A stretch of DNA of 64,000 nt. Origin: a virus. Within the stretch, counting starts at the first letter, position 1. The number at the start of each line of letters is the position of its first letter. The position numbers were made by a program, and so were the translations under genes. The DNA is taken from the IMG/VR virus record IMGVR_UViG_3300037464_000010, positions 1 through 64,000 of that record, one strand, 5' to 3'. The notes beneath the pieces were generated by a model that saw only the letters and a list, made by a program, of their open reading frames with translations, did no database searches and had not been told where the DNA came from. This document shows positions 32,850 to 43,679 of the stretch, piece after piece.

Positions 32850-33164
32850 ATGGCGCTTTACGATTTTGGATTAACGGAGGAACAGTTCTGGAGATTGACT
32901 CCGGCGCAATTCGGGGCGCTTTCCAAAAGAAAAGACGAAGAAAACCGCCACAACGATTGGCGATTTGGGATGATTGTTTCGACGATAGCGAACCTTTTTA
33001 TTAAGGAACGAAGTCAGCGAATCGATGCATTCGAAGCAATGGGACACGGCAAGGGCGGATCCGGAGTTGCTCAGCGGGAACAGTCAGAAGCTGAAACCGC
33101 TCTTAGATTTAGGCTATTTCAAGCGTCACAAAAGAGAGCGAAACTAGAAAATGGCAAGTCGTAA
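32850..33164 (+). CDS. T-part of tail assembly chaperone, expected as G-T fusion (32464..32775 joined to 32775..33164)
   Basis: Lies in the -1 frame relative to 32464..32799. ..GLTEEQFWRLTPAQF.. resembles the GTA-type chaperone motif. Overlaps the tape measure start. Confidence 0.6.
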   Translation: MALYDFGLTEEQFWRLTPAQFGALSKRKDEENRHNDWRFGMIVSTIANLFIKERSQRIDAFEAMGHGKGGSGVAQREQSEAETALRFRLFQASQKRAKLENGKS

Positions 33165-36100
33165 TGCTGGAACAATTTTCATATCTCTTCAGCTTGCAAC
33201 CGAATCCCTGCAAGCTGGTTTCGCTCAGGTAGATAAACAGCTCAAGAACTTCGCAGCAAACGCCCAAAATATCGGGCGAACACTTTCTGTTGCTGTCTCA
33301 GTACCACTCGGTCTTTTCGGGCGTTCTGCTGTAAAAGCCTTTGCAGACTTTGATTCGGCCATGACCAACTCCATGTCAGTCATGGATAATGTCAGTGCCA
33401 CCATGAAGAATCAGCTCGTCAAAGGGGCTGAGGATGTTGCAAGAGCTACCGGTATTAGTGCTGCTAAAACTGCTGAAGGTTATTACTTTCTAGCCTCATC
33501 CGGTCTGTCTGCTCAACAATCTCTCGAAGCTCTTCCTGTTGTTGCTAGATTCGCAACTGCTGGCCACGTAGATTTAGCTAAAGCAACAGAGCTTCTTTCT
33601 GGATCGCAAGCGGCTCTCGGTCTTCGAATGGAAGATCCGATTGAGAACATGCGTCAAATGACTCGTGTTTCTGACGTTCTTACAAAAGCCAATATCGTTT
33701 CCGACGCTTCTATTGAAGAGATGGGAGAAGCGATGGCGCGTGTGGGTGGTATCCTTAGTACCCACAATCAGAGCCTAGAAGATGGTGCGTCCATTCTTGC
33801 TGCTTTTGCTAGAAGCAATTTAAAAGGCGTCTCAGCCGGTACAGCTCTCTCCATTGTTATTCGCGATTTAAGCGAAAAAGCCATAAAGAACGAAAAGGCT
33901 TGGGAATCTTTCGGCGTCAAAGTTTACGACGCGAACGGCATGATGAGATCTGCTACGCAGATTATTCCTGAGATGGCCGACAAGCTCTCCAAGATGAGTA
34001 ATATTCAGGCAAGTGCAACGCTTGCGAATTTGGGGTTCACCCAAAAAACCAACGGATTCATTAAGCGCGTCCTCAGCATGTCTGAGGTTATAAGAGAATT
34101 CTCCGGGGAAATGGAGAACGCGGGTGGGGTTACTAAAAGTGTAAGCGATAAACAGCTTATGTCTTTTCAGAGCCAGCTAAACATGTTGGGGGAGAAATTT
34201 GCCTCAATAAAAAGAGGCATAGGAGAAATTCTCGCTCCTGAAGTTCTTCGATTAGGAGAAAAGCTTCTTAAAGTAGCTGAAGCTTTTCAAGAACTAAATC
34301 CGGGCACACAAGAAGCAATAATAAAATTTGCTGCATTTGCAACCATCCTTGGTCCAATCGTCTTAGGTGTCGCCACCTTGATGAAACTATTTATCGGAAT
34401 TGGTAAGCCCTTATTGGCGGCGGGTGCAGCATTATTCACCTTAGCTAAAGGCGGTGCAGTAGCAGGAGTAGCGATAGCTTCTATTGGAACCGTCCTAGGA
34501 GGGATAACACTAGTGCTTGGAGTCGCAGCAGGTGCATGGCTAATTTGGGGCGACGACATAAAGAGAGTGTTGTCAGATGTATGGGAAACCATTGTTGGGT
34601 GGGGTACCAGCCTACAAGAAACGTTTCCCGGATTTTTTACCGCTTTCGAAGCTGTAGGAATACTGATTCAAGAAGTATGGAATGACATACTTGTTTATGG
34701 CGCTGAAAAAATTCAATCACTCGGCGAGGAGTGGGACCGGTTCACAGATAAAGTAGTCGAGGTATATAACACCGTAAAGAATGTTATCGGCAGCTTCTTT
34801 GATTGGATACAAACAAATGCTCCCGCTCTATATAAAGGTCTTACGGATCCCTTTATTTGGGCTGAACAAATAATAACAGGGGTAGGTAAAAGAATACGTG
34901 CTGTATTCGATTTCATAACTGATGTTGCCGCAGATGCTGTTTTTGCCGTTCAAAAGGGTGCTCAAGATGTTGTTAAGGCACAACAGAGCTTAGACGCTCA
35001 AATACGATCTCAGGGAAGGGCTCAAACAGATAAAGATCTTGGAACAGTCTTAGGCATTGGTTTTCAATTTGCTAAAGAAAAAGCCGATTCTCTCATAGGG
35101 TCGGTAGGTGGTTTAAATAAGGTTGCAGAAACCACTAAGAAAATTGTTGATAACTATGAGAAGAGCTTAAAACGAAAAGGGGGGATTGGCGTACCTGTTC
35201 CCGGTAGTCGCGATGACCTTTTTGGCGCTAAAGATGAAGCAAAGGCTGCCAAAAAACGAGAATCTGAAGCGAAAAAAAGAGCGAGGGAACAAGAGTCTGA
35301 AGATAAGAAGCGTGAACAAGCTATTAAGCGACAAACTGATGCGCTCGACAATCTTCGCGACAAACTTGCTGACATTCAAAACGATAATGTCACCAAAGGA
35401 CTCGAAGAAGGTCTTCGCTCTGCAATTGAAACGAGCACTCCTGAGCTGTTTAACAATCTTAAAGAAAGGCTCAGACAGAATATCTATGAAGGAACGCTTG
35501 CCGGACTTCAAGAGGGCGTAGAGAAAGCTGGAAACACCGCTGAAGCGCGAGCGCTTGCTGAAGGAATTGCTACTGCTAAATCCGATGAAAGTCTTCGTAA
35601 GTGGGAAGAAGATTACGCTGAATCAAGCAAGAAAAACGCCGAACAATTACAGAAAGACCAAGAAGATGCCTACAAGGAATCTCTCGATTATTGGAGAGAT
35701 ACCTTTAAGGGCATCATGTCCGGGGAAACCCTCGACCTTAAGGATCTCTTCACTGACTTCGTTGCCGAACTAGGTGCTCAGGTTGCAGCGGCCACAAGCG
35801 AAGGTATGTCCGCAGGAGCAAATGATGCTAAGGGAAGCATTGGTCAAAGCCTTGGTTCAGCTCTAGCTTCAGCTTTTAGTGGTAAAGGGGGAGGCGGCGG
35901 AGGCGGAACAGGTGGTGGCTTAGCGTCAGCTATCTCATCTCTCTTTAGCTCAATGGGTAGCGGTGGGAGCGGAGGAGCCCCCGCAGGCGGCGAAGGAGGT
36001 GGCTTCAGTAGTTGGATGAGTAGCATCTTTGGCAACAAGGGGATGACTACTACCGAAGCTCATAATGCCGGGATTCAAGGTCCCGGACTTCCAAATGGTC

Positions 36101-37632
36101 AGTTTAATCCACAAGATCAAGGCGCAGGGGGATATATCGCTGCCGGTCTTCAGACTATCATGGCAGCTATCAATTCCTCCAAGATAGACAAAGAACACCA
36201 AGACAATAGGGGCACAGGCGGCGCAATCGGAGGTGGCATAGGCGGAACTCTGGGGGCAATATTCGGTGGTGGACCCGGAGCGCAAATAGGCGCTCAGATA
36301 GGGAATGCGGTTGGTAGCCAGATTGGAAAGTATTTCAAATGGGGACCGCAAAATCCTGAAACACAAGCTCGTCATGCCTTTGCAAACTTCATCGAAGAAA
36401 GCTTTGAAAAACTCAAACAGGTTTCTTTTTTCGATGCCAACAAACGCATTAAGACCGTCGCTGGAAAAGACTACAACTTCCTCGAAGGTCCAAGTAACAA
36501 GTTTAACGATCCAAAATGGGCCGATGCTCTTCTAGCTTCGGGCGATAAGGTTAAGGGCACCTTCCTTGGTATGGGCGAAGCCATGAGGCAACTTCTCGGC
36601 ATTGCCGAAGATGTTGGCCCTCAAATTGGCGCTCTTCTCTTTGAGAACATGGGAGGTTCTATTGATAACCTCCGATTGCTTGTTATGCAGCTTGGACTCT
36701 CAGCAGAGGACTTAACAGAGAAGCTCGTGGCCGCAGGGGAGTCAGGGCAGCTCAGTTGGCACGAAGTCGAGGTTGGGTTACAGGGCGTAGCGGAGGCATT
36801 TAAGCCAGGACTGGAGGCCGTAGGAGACGTTCAGGGAGCTTTCCAGCAACTTATTGATTCGGGTGGTCGGGGACTCGTAGCTATTAAGGCAGTCAAAGAT
36901 CTTGCTATCGAAGCGGCAGAAGCGGGGGGTAAAACACTCCAAGATCTTCAAGCTATGCTTTTGGCCAAGGGTATTGATCCAAGCCAGGTAGAGGCGTTAA
37001 TGGCAGCGCTCCAACAGCGAGGGGTCACCACGCTCCAACAGCTTGCGGAGGTCTCCAATCGAGTCGGGGGCGGTATTGTTGCGGATATCGAGTCGGCATC
37101 TGGTTCAATGGCGAGCACTTGGGCTTCAATGACTCAGCAGCTTAAAGATGTCGGCGATCAGCTTAATAATCTTCCTAAAGAGGTCGAGTCTCGAATCCAC
37201 CTTGTTGTCGATGCCGATGTTTCAGATGCCGCACAAGCTGTTCTCGATAAGACTGAGGCGGGTAATCACGTAAAGATCCCCAACGCTCCAAAACCTCCAA
37301 CACCTAATGCTAAAGGTGCTGTCTTAACGAAACCTACTTTCTTTGCTCACCAAAGTGGTGTCGGGGTAGCGGGGGAAGCGGGAGCAGAAGCTATTATGCC
37401 GCTTACAAAAGTAGGGGGTGTCTTAGGCGTTAAATCCGTTAATACTGGAGCAGGTGCAGCACCTACCTCGATAACCTTTCACATTGATGCACGAGGAGAT
37501 GATTCAGGAGTTGAGAAACGAGTTGAGTATGCAATGAGAAAATGGGAGGGGCGATTAACAGGCAAAGCGGTTAACAGGGTGTATGACCTTGCGAGACGCG
37601 GCGGTTCATTTAGTGATGCTTTAGGAGATTAA
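33151..37632 (+). CDS. tail tape measure protein
   Basis: 1493 aa, helical/coiled-coil, TM-like hydrophobic block, Gly-rich stretch; canonical position after the chaperones. Confidence 0.9.
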   Translation: MASRNAGTIFISLQLATESLQAGFAQVDKQLKNFAANAQNIGRTLSVAVSVPLGLFGRSAVKAFADFDSAMTNSMSVMDNVSATMKNQLVKGAEDVARATGISAAKTAEGYYFLASSGLSAQQSLEALPVVARFATAGHVDLAKATELLSGSQAALGLRMEDPIENMRQMTRVSDVLTKANIVSDASIEEMGEAMARVGGILSTHNQSLEDGASILAAFARSNLKGVSAGTALSIVIRDLSEKAIKNEKAWESFGVKVYDANGMMRSATQIIPEMADKLSKMSNIQASATLANLGFTQKTNGFIKRVLSMSEVIREFSGEMENAGGVTKSVSDKQLMSFQSQLNMLGEKFASIKRGIGEILAPEVLRLGEKLLKVAEAFQELNPGTQEAIIKFAAFATILGPIVLGVATLMKLFIGIGKPLLAAGAALFTLAKGGAVAGVAIASIGTVLGGITLVLGVAAGAWLIWGDDIKRVLSDVWETIVGWGTSLQETFPGFFTAFEAVGILIQEVWNDILVYGAEKIQSLGEEWDRFTDKVVEVYNTVKNVIGSFFDWIQTNAPALYKGLTDPFIWAEQIITGVGKRIRAVFDFITDVAADAVFAVQKGAQDVVKAQQSLDAQIRSQGRAQTDKDLGTVLGIGFQFAKEKADSLIGSVGGLNKVAETTKKIVDNYEKSLKRKGGIGVPVPGSRDDLFGAKDEAKAAKKRESEAKKRAREQESEDKKREQAIKRQTDALDNLRDKLADIQNDNVTKGLEEGLRSAIETSTPELFNNLKERLRQNIYEGTLAGLQEGVEKAGNTAEARALAEGIATAKSDESLRKWEEDYAESSKKNAEQLQKDQEDAYKESLDYWRDTFKGIMSGETLDLKDLFTDFVAELGAQVAAATSEGMSAGANDAKGSIGQSLGSALASAFSGKGGGGGGGTGGGLASAISSLFSSMGSGGSGGAPAGGEGGGFSSWMSSIFGNKGMTTTEAHNAGIQGPGLPNGQFNPQDQGAGGYIAAGLQTIMAAINSSKIDKEHQDNRGTGGAIGGGIGGTLGAIFGGGPGAQIGAQIGNAVGSQIGKYFKWGPQNPETQARHAFANFIEESFEKLKQVSFFDANKRIKTVAGKDYNFLEGPSNKFNDPKWADALLASGDKVKGTFLGMGEAMRQLLGIAEDVGPQIGALLFENMGGSIDNLRLLVMQLGLSAEDLTEKLVAAGESGQLSWHEVEVGLQGVAEAFKPGLEAVGDVQGAFQQLIDSGGRGLVAIKAVKDLAIEAAEAGGKTLQDLQAMLLAKGIDPSQVEALMAALQQRGVTTLQQLAEVSNRVGGGIVADIESASGSMASTWASMTQQLKDVGDQLNNLPKEVESRIHLVVDADVSDAAQAVLDKTEAGNHVKIPNAPKPPTPNAKGAVLTKPTFFAHQSGVGVAGEAGAEAIMPLTKVGGVLGVKSVNTGAGAAPTSITFHIDARGDDSGVEKRVEYAMRKWEGRLTGKAVNRVYDLARRGGSFSDALGD

Positions 37633-37634
37633 AG

Positions 37635-38243
37635 TTGGCTATTGTTTATCCGCTGGACCTTCCTACTATTGTCTATCCTACCTCTTTTACGATTACTCCA
37701 ATCGCTACGGTTGCCACATCACGCTCGCCTTATACTTTAGGCGCACAGTACCACGAAAAGAGTGGCGCAGGATGGATGCTCCAGCTTGAGTATCCCAACA
37801 TGAAGCCCGATGAAATGAGGGAGTTTCAAGCTTTTATTGTCGGACTAAACGGCAGACGTGGAACTTTCAGGTTCGGTGATTACCTTCAAGGATCGCCTCG
37901 CGGTTTAGCTATCGGTACGCCAGTAGTTCATGGCGGGGGACAAACGGGGGAGACTCTCAGTACGCGAGGATGGGCAGCAAACATAGTTGTTTTAATGCGG
38001 GGCGACTGGATTCAGATAGGATCCAGACTCCACATGGTGACTACTGATTCGGTTAGCAATGCAGGAGGGCTCGCAACGCTTGATATATGGCCTCGAATTC
38101 GAATTGAAGGAGTTGTTGATGGGCAAGAAATTATTACCCAAAACGCAAAAGGAGTGTGGCGCTTAGCTGAGAATCAAAATCCTTGGTCAGCCGGATTCGA
38201 AAAGTATTACACCACGAGTATTAATGCCATCGAGGATCTCTAA
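37635..38243 (+). CDS. distal tail / tail-tip protein
   Basis: ORF track (TTG start); position immediately after the tape measure gene. Confidence 0.45.
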   Translation: MAIVYPLDLPTIVYPTSFTITPIATVATSRSPYTLGAQYHEKSGAGWMLQLEYPNMKPDEMREFQAFIVGLNGRRGTFRFGDYLQGSPRGLAIGTPVVHGGGQTGETLSTRGWAANIVVLMRGDWIQIGSRLHMVTTDSVSNAGGLATLDIWPRIRIEGVVDGQEIITQNAKGVWRLAENQNPWSAGFEKYYTTSINAIEDL

Positions 38244-38870
38244 ATGGCTCGTGATATTCCGGCAGATCTCAAGACTGAACTTACTCAGAAGGTAATTGCT
38301 CCGGCCTATCTCGTAGAGATTGAGCTTCAAGATTCAACTCTTTATTTATGTGATACAGCACAAAATATTGTGTGGGGCGGCCATACTTATCTTGCAAATG
38401 GCTGGATACAAGCTATTGCTGATATCTCAGAATCCACTGATCCAAAAAGCATGAGTATTGATATTACTCTCGGTGGCATTCCTGAAGAGATTAATTCTTT
38501 AATGTTTTTAAATATTCGACAAAATAAAAAAGCTGCTATTTATTTTGCTACGGTAAATGTTGTGGGAGCTTTAAATACAACTCCTTATCTTATTTTTCGC
38601 GGTCTCTTAGACTATCCTGAAATCAACGATTCAGCAGAGGAGAGTACGATAACTCTTCATTACGATTCTGCCTTTGCGAAGCTCGATAAACCATCAAATC
38701 GACGCTACACCGATGAAGAGCAAAAGGTAATGTTCCCAGGAGATCGTGGATTTGAATTTATCAAGAAGCTCGTCGAGGATTGGAACGGAACATGGGGCAA
38801 GCCCAAACCTCCCGCAGCTCAGAAAGACAATAAGAGTCAACGTAAGAATCCGCCAAGGAGGACTCGATGA
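38244..38870 (+). CDS. tail-tip protein, lambda gpL-like pattern
   Basis: ..PAYLVEIELQDSTLYLCDTAQNIVWGGHTYLANGWIQ.. parallels lambda gpL ..VVLWEIDLT..YFFCNE..VTWQGRQYQPYPI..; by-eye match only. Confidence 0.4.
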   Translation: MARDIPADLKTELTQKVIAPAYLVEIELQDSTLYLCDTAQNIVWGGHTYLANGWIQAIADISESTDPKSMSIDITLGGIPEEINSLMFLNIRQNKKAAIYFATVNVVGALNTTPYLIFRGLLDYPEINDSAEESTITLHYDSAFAKLDKPSNRRYTDEEQKVMFPGDRGFEFIKKLVEDWNGTWGKPKPPAAQKDNKSQRKNPPRRTR

Positions 38871-41800
38871 GTAATCCTTATCTTGATGGATATAAAGGGC
38901 AGATCCCAGAAGAAAAGCCACGCCCAAAAGTTACTAAGAGAAAACCAAAAACTCGTAGTAGACAGAAGAAGAAAGAACTTGCGCGCAGTAAGGAAATTAC
39001 TATTCGAAGCGCGAATCAGGAGCGCCAGATTGTTTATGGCAGGTTCCACATGGGTGGAGTCATCTCGATGGCTCAACTTATCGGAACCAAAGCTAAGCGC
39101 ACTTTTGGAAGTGGAAACAGTCAGATTCGATTCGTAGCAAAGGAACAAGGAGATCCTGGAAACCATATTCAAATTGAATTAAGGAAGTCCGGGAACAATA
39201 CGCCACTTTCAGTGACGAACACTGTTAACAGTGACACGTCGCCCCCAGTAAAGAAAATTACTGTAAAGCTTAAAACAAACGGCTCGGGCACCGTCACCTC
39301 CACTGTTAATCAAGTAATTGCAGCTATCAATAATGACGCAAACGCTTCGTCGCTTGTATCGGTTGATGATGGGAGTGGAAACGGTTCGGGTATAGTAGCT
39401 GATGCAGATCCAACCCTTCTAACGGGAGGAACCGCCCCTTATCTTCATTTGGTATTCACCGTTGCCGGGCACAAAATAGCAGGAATTACCCGTGTTTTTT
39501 TAAACGACGAAGAAGTTCTCTTTGGTGATCCTATTGATCCAAGATGGGCAATAGAAGGTCCAAAATCGCCGTCAAAATATTTTAAAAGACGAGTATTTTT
39601 TGCTCAAACAAATGGCGACGATAATCAGGCAGCACAAGCTGACTTAGTAGAGCAAAGTGATCTATTTTTTCCTGACGATGCCAAGTGGACTACCGAACAC
39701 AGGCAAAGAGGATGTGCTGTAGGGTATGCAACTCTTATCTGGTACGAACTCGCTTTTCCCGATGGTCTCCCAGAATTCACTTTCGAAACAGACGGTGCTC
39801 TTTGTTTCGATCCTCGAACTGGTTTAACCGTATGGACAGATAACGCGGCACTTCTTATTGCGCATCACCTTACAGATACTCGTTATGGATTTGGCATTCC
39901 ATATGCCGAAATAGATGAAGCGCAACTAATCGTAGCAGCCAATATCTGTGACGAACGTGTAGCTCGCGCAGGTGGCGGTGACGAAGCAAGATACACCATT
40001 AACGGAATGTTCGATTCCGGCTCCTCTCCGGGAGAGATTCTCGAAGGGATGCTTGCCGCAATGGGAGGGGATCTTATTTGGGCGAGCGGCCTTTATAAGA
40101 TATATCCAGCTTATTACCGAGCACCCCAAAAAACTCTTACCGAGAATGATTTACGCGGCCCCATTGGTATTCAGGTTTTAACACCTAGAAAGGACCGGTT
40201 TAACCGCGTTCGTGGTCAGTACATAAATCCTGCTAACAAATACGAAGCAAGCGACTTTCCTCCAGTAGTTAATGCTCTCTATTTGGCTGAAGATGGCAAT
40301 GAAGAGATCTGGGAAGACTTAACTTTTAATTTTGTCACTTCTTCTTCTCAAGCGCAGAGGCTTGCAAAGATCGAACTTGAGCGAATCCGGCAAGGCATAG
40401 CCATTAATACAAGATGTAACCTTGAAGTCGGATTAAACCTTCAGGTGTGTGACACGGTAAAGGTAACGCTCGAAAAATACGGTTGGGTTGAAAAAGTATT
40501 TGAAGTTATTGAATGGTCACAAGTAAGGGACTCTGAAAGAGGAGAAGAGATAGAGCTTCTTCTCCAAGAAACGGCTGAAGGTATCTATGCTTGGAATAGT
40601 GGTGAAGAAACTAAGGTGGACGTTTCTCCGAACAGCACTCTGCCTAGTGCCTTTTCGGTAACTAACCCGTACGACATACGTCTTTACTCTGGAACCGATG
40701 AACTCTATAAGCGAGGAGACGGGACCATCTTCACTCGTCTTCGTGTTTCTTGGGTGATGCCATCTGATCTCTTTGTTACTTCGGGCGGGTTCTATGAAAT
40801 AGAGTACCGAAGAACTTACGACAACGCGTGGATACGACTTCCTGATGTTCCAGGATCTCAGAGTTTCACGTACATCCTGGATGTTCAGGATGGTGTTTAT
40901 TATGACGTTCGAGTCCGAGCGAAGAATGCCCTGGGGTATGTCAACCCCGAATGGATAACGTATTTAGGGCACATGGTTCTTGGGAAACAAGCGCCACCAT
41001 CTGACGTTACTACCTTCACTGGCGAAGTCGGAGCATACGGAATTCTTTTTAGATGGAATCCTATTCCTGATTATGACGTTAAAGAATATGAAGTTCGGTT
41101 AGGGGCATCTTGGGAAACGGGTGTCGTTCAGTTTGTTACGAGTGCCACAAATTTTCTTGTTCCAATTCGGACTGCTGCTAACTATCAGTTTTGGATAAAA
41201 GCAGTAGATACCTCGCGAAACTACAGTCTTAATGCAACGCCCCTCCTTTCTACTGTTCGAGCACCGAACGCTCCAGAAACTCTTTTCATCCTTGAGGGAC
41301 CAGACATTCTTTTAAAGTGGACGCCTCCGACAGTTGGTGAATTTGCTATTAAAGAATACGAAATTCGATATCAACAATTAACCCAACTTGATGAGAGTCT
41401 GATTAATGCGAGTTATGGTGAATCGATTCTACTTACTACTACTCGCTCGACGAGTCATCGTCGAAAAGTAGATTGGTCAGGGGTTCGGGCTTTCTGGGTC
41501 TCAGCACGAGACGTTGCTGACAATCTCGGCGCTCCCTACCGCGTTGATATTAATATTGTACCACCAGGGGTGGTTCAGTCGATGCAGGCTGATGTTATCG
41601 ATAATAATGTGCTCCTAAAGTGGCAGCCACCAATTACTGGAACTCTCCCTATTCAGAGCTACCGCGTTTTTCGAGGGGATGTGTATCCTGGAGCAACAGC
41701 AGTGGGTGACGTAGGAGGAACTTTCATTCCCCTCTTTGAAATGGTGAGCGGTAACTTCACTTATTGGATCCTTGCTGAGGATACGGGAGGAAATAAAGGG

Positions 41801-41929
41801 CCAATTAGAAGTTTAACTGCAAGAGTTTCGGAGCCGCCGGATTTTGTTTTAAAGACAGATATCGTTGCCGATCCAGTTCAAGCTATCACTCTGACAAATA
41901 TCTATATTGAAGGGGTTGGTTTCGGTTAA
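38867..41929 (+). CDS. host-specificity (gpJ-like) tail tip protein with FN3-like repeats
   Basis: 1020 aa; ATGA overlap with the upstream gene. At least four FN3-like units (..YEIEYRR..YDVRVRAKNALG.., ..EYEVRLG..FWIKAVDTSRN.., ..EYEIRY..FWVSARDVADN.., ..SYRVFRG..YWILAEDTGGN..). Confidence 0.7.
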   Translation: MSNPYLDGYKGQIPEEKPRPKVTKRKPKTRSRQKKKELARSKEITIRSANQERQIVYGRFHMGGVISMAQLIGTKAKRTFGSGNSQIRFVAKEQGDPGNHIQIELRKSGNNTPLSVTNTVNSDTSPPVKKITVKLKTNGSGTVTSTVNQVIAAINNDANASSLVSVDDGSGNGSGIVADADPTLLTGGTAPYLHLVFTVAGHKIAGITRVFLNDEEVLFGDPIDPRWAIEGPKSPSKYFKRRVFFAQTNGDDNQAAQADLVEQSDLFFPDDAKWTTEHRQRGCAVGYATLIWYELAFPDGLPEFTFETDGALCFDPRTGLTVWTDNAALLIAHHLTDTRYGFGIPYAEIDEAQLIVAANICDERVARAGGGDEARYTINGMFDSGSSPGEILEGMLAAMGGDLIWASGLYKIYPAYYRAPQKTLTENDLRGPIGIQVLTPRKDRFNRVRGQYINPANKYEASDFPPVVNALYLAEDGNEEIWEDLTFNFVTSSSQAQRLAKIELERIRQGIAINTRCNLEVGLNLQVCDTVKVTLEKYGWVEKVFEVIEWSQVRDSERGEEIELLLQETAEGIYAWNSGEETKVDVSPNSTLPSAFSVTNPYDIRLYSGTDELYKRGDGTIFTRLRVSWVMPSDLFVTSGGFYEIEYRRTYDNAWIRLPDVPGSQSFTYILDVQDGVYYDVRVRAKNALGYVNPEWITYLGHMVLGKQAPPSDVTTFTGEVGAYGILFRWNPIPDYDVKEYEVRLGASWETGVVQFVTSATNFLVPIRTAANYQFWIKAVDTSRNYSLNATPLLSTVRAPNAPETLFILEGPDILLKWTPPTVGEFAIKEYEIRYQQLTQLDESLINASYGESILLTTTRSTSHRRKVDWSGVRAFWVSARDVADNLGAPYRVDINIVPPGVVQSMQADVIDNNVLLKWQPPITGTLPIQSYRVFRGDVYPGATAVGDVGGTFIPLFEMVSGNFTYWILAEDTGGNKGPIRSLTARVSEPPDFVLKTDIVADPVQAITLTNIYIEGVGFG

Positions 41930-43674
41930 TGATTATCGTTCTTCTTTCCGCATTTTCTGAGCAACCAAGCGTTCCGCGTCTTACTGAGTGGGAAAATAAC
42001 TATATTAAGTTTGCGCCTTTTTTAGCGGCGCTCCTAAATCCTGGCTCCACCTATACCGATGCGAAGCTCGACTATATATTTTTTGATGCTCAGTATCATG
42101 CGCTTAAAGCTAATGAGTACTTTGGAAACACGAATTACCTTGCGCTCGCAAACAATGCTCAAACGATTTACCACACCTATTTAACATCTGTAAGCTTTAG
42201 CGCTCCAGGCTGGAGAAATTTTACTGATGGATTTCGAAAGGATTTTGAAGTTAATGGAGATTTGGCAGCTAAGGCAGATGCTATTCAGCTTGCTATCAGC
42301 GCTCAATACGCAACTACCTTAACTTCTTATTCGGCAACGCTTTCAGCTTCCTTGGCCCGAGAAGTGGCGCAAGCATGTATGGGATACATGAATGCTGAAG
42401 TGTTAGGAGAACCGGAAAATCCTCGCCTTCAGCCTCTGATTGAGCACATATATGGCCACTTTACTCAGTGGTTCACCTCACGCTCTTCCGAGTTTGTTAG
42501 GCCCTACTATGTAGCGCTTTCCGCTCAAGCTCTCATTCAGTGGTACGACAAAACGCAAGATACGAGAGTTATTCCCGTTCTAACGACCGCCGCTGATTAT
42601 CTTTGGGATCATTTGTGGCTCCCTACTGAAAAAGCTTTCATGTACACCGATCGACAGGTCGGTTCGGGCGGTACTGAAGCGGCACCAGATTACAACTTAA
42701 TGATCTGCCCGTTTTATGCGTGGCTTTATTACCAAACGGGAAACGTTCGGTTCCGAACTCGCGCTGACGAGATCTTTGAGGGCGGTCTTACTGTTAACGA
42801 CCCAGTTACAGGAGCGCACCTAAGCGGAACAAATTTAGGAAACTCCCTTACCGGGGCAGGATTTGATGCGCGTAAGTTTAACCAGTGCTACAGATGGTCA
42901 TGGGAGTATGTTCGCTTAAGGGGCTTCTATCCTCTCGTAGCTTCTTCAATCGGAGGAACGGGTGGTGGGGGTCTAGGCGGATCACAAGAAAATCCTACTG
43001 GACCAACTCCACCGATACTATTCCCCATAAAGAATGAGACGTGGCGGCAACACTTTGTCAATAATGGCTGGACTTCGCCAAAGGCTCAGGTGGATGCCGG
43101 ATACCCTATCTATGTTCAGCCAACTCCCCTTAATTGTCAGTTTGCCACCAAGTTCGATCTGGGCGTTACTATCGATGCTGGAAGCACAGTAACAGCAGTT
43201 TACAATCCCGAAATCATCGACGGCGAAGTCACCATCACTCCCACCATCTCCCTTTCCGTCGACGATGTGACCTATACTGACTATGTGGGCGCAAGTAGCG
43301 TATTTGCTGGAAGTTTTAGGTATGTCAAAATATCGTTATATGCAGAAGGTGCAACGCGACGAGGGTTAGCTCGTATTCGAGAGCTTCGTTTACGCGTCTC
43401 CATAAAGGAGAAGCGTGACGAAGGGGTGGGTACGGTCTCGAATGCGATTACGGGATCAGTGGTGACGTTTAACAAGACCTTTGTGGATGTGGATTCCATT
43501 ACTGTGACTGCGAAATACAAACCACCTGTTCTGGGCGTTCCACAGGTTCAGCCGCATCCTGTGTACGATTTTACTGACGTTGCTAACCCAACCGGTTTTA
43601 CCGTTTACTTACTTAACCCTCAAACTGGTGATTTTGTTACAGGCGATTTTAGTTGGGCCGCAAAAGGAACATAA
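41929..43674 (+). CDS. tail-associated protein (putative fibre/receptor-binding)
   Basis: 581 aa; TAATG coupling to the J-like gene; Gly-rich linker GGTGGGGLGG separating two halves. Confidence 0.45.
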   Translation: MIIVLLSAFSEQPSVPRLTEWENNYIKFAPFLAALLNPGSTYTDAKLDYIFFDAQYHALKANEYFGNTNYLALANNAQTIYHTYLTSVSFSAPGWRNFTDGFRKDFEVNGDLAAKADAIQLAISAQYATTLTSYSATLSASLAREVAQACMGYMNAEVLGEPENPRLQPLIEHIYGHFTQWFTSRSSEFVRPYYVALSAQALIQWYDKTQDTRVIPVLTTAADYLWDHLWLPTEKAFMYTDRQVGSGGTEAAPDYNLMICPFYAWLYYQTGNVRFRTRADEIFEGGLTVNDPVTGAHLSGTNLGNSLTGAGFDARKFNQCYRWSWEYVRLRGFYPLVASSIGGTGGGGLGGSQENPTGPTPPILFPIKNETWRQHFVNNGWTSPKAQVDAGYPIYVQPTPLNCQFATKFDLGVTIDAGSTVTAVYNPEIIDGEVTITPTISLSVDDVTYTDYVGASSVFAGSFRYVKISLYAEGATRRGLARIRELRLRVSIKEKRDEGVGTVSNAITGSVVTFNKTFVDVDSITVTAKYKPPVLGVPQVQPHPVYDFTDVANPTGFTVYLLNPQTGDFVTGDFSWAAKGT

Positions 43675-43679
43675 AATAG

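Noticed and set aside
33574-36535. Multiple short ORFs on both strands inside the tape measure gene
   Set aside because: They are shadow ORFs within a 4.5-kb gene of biased composition; none has coupling or RBS support.
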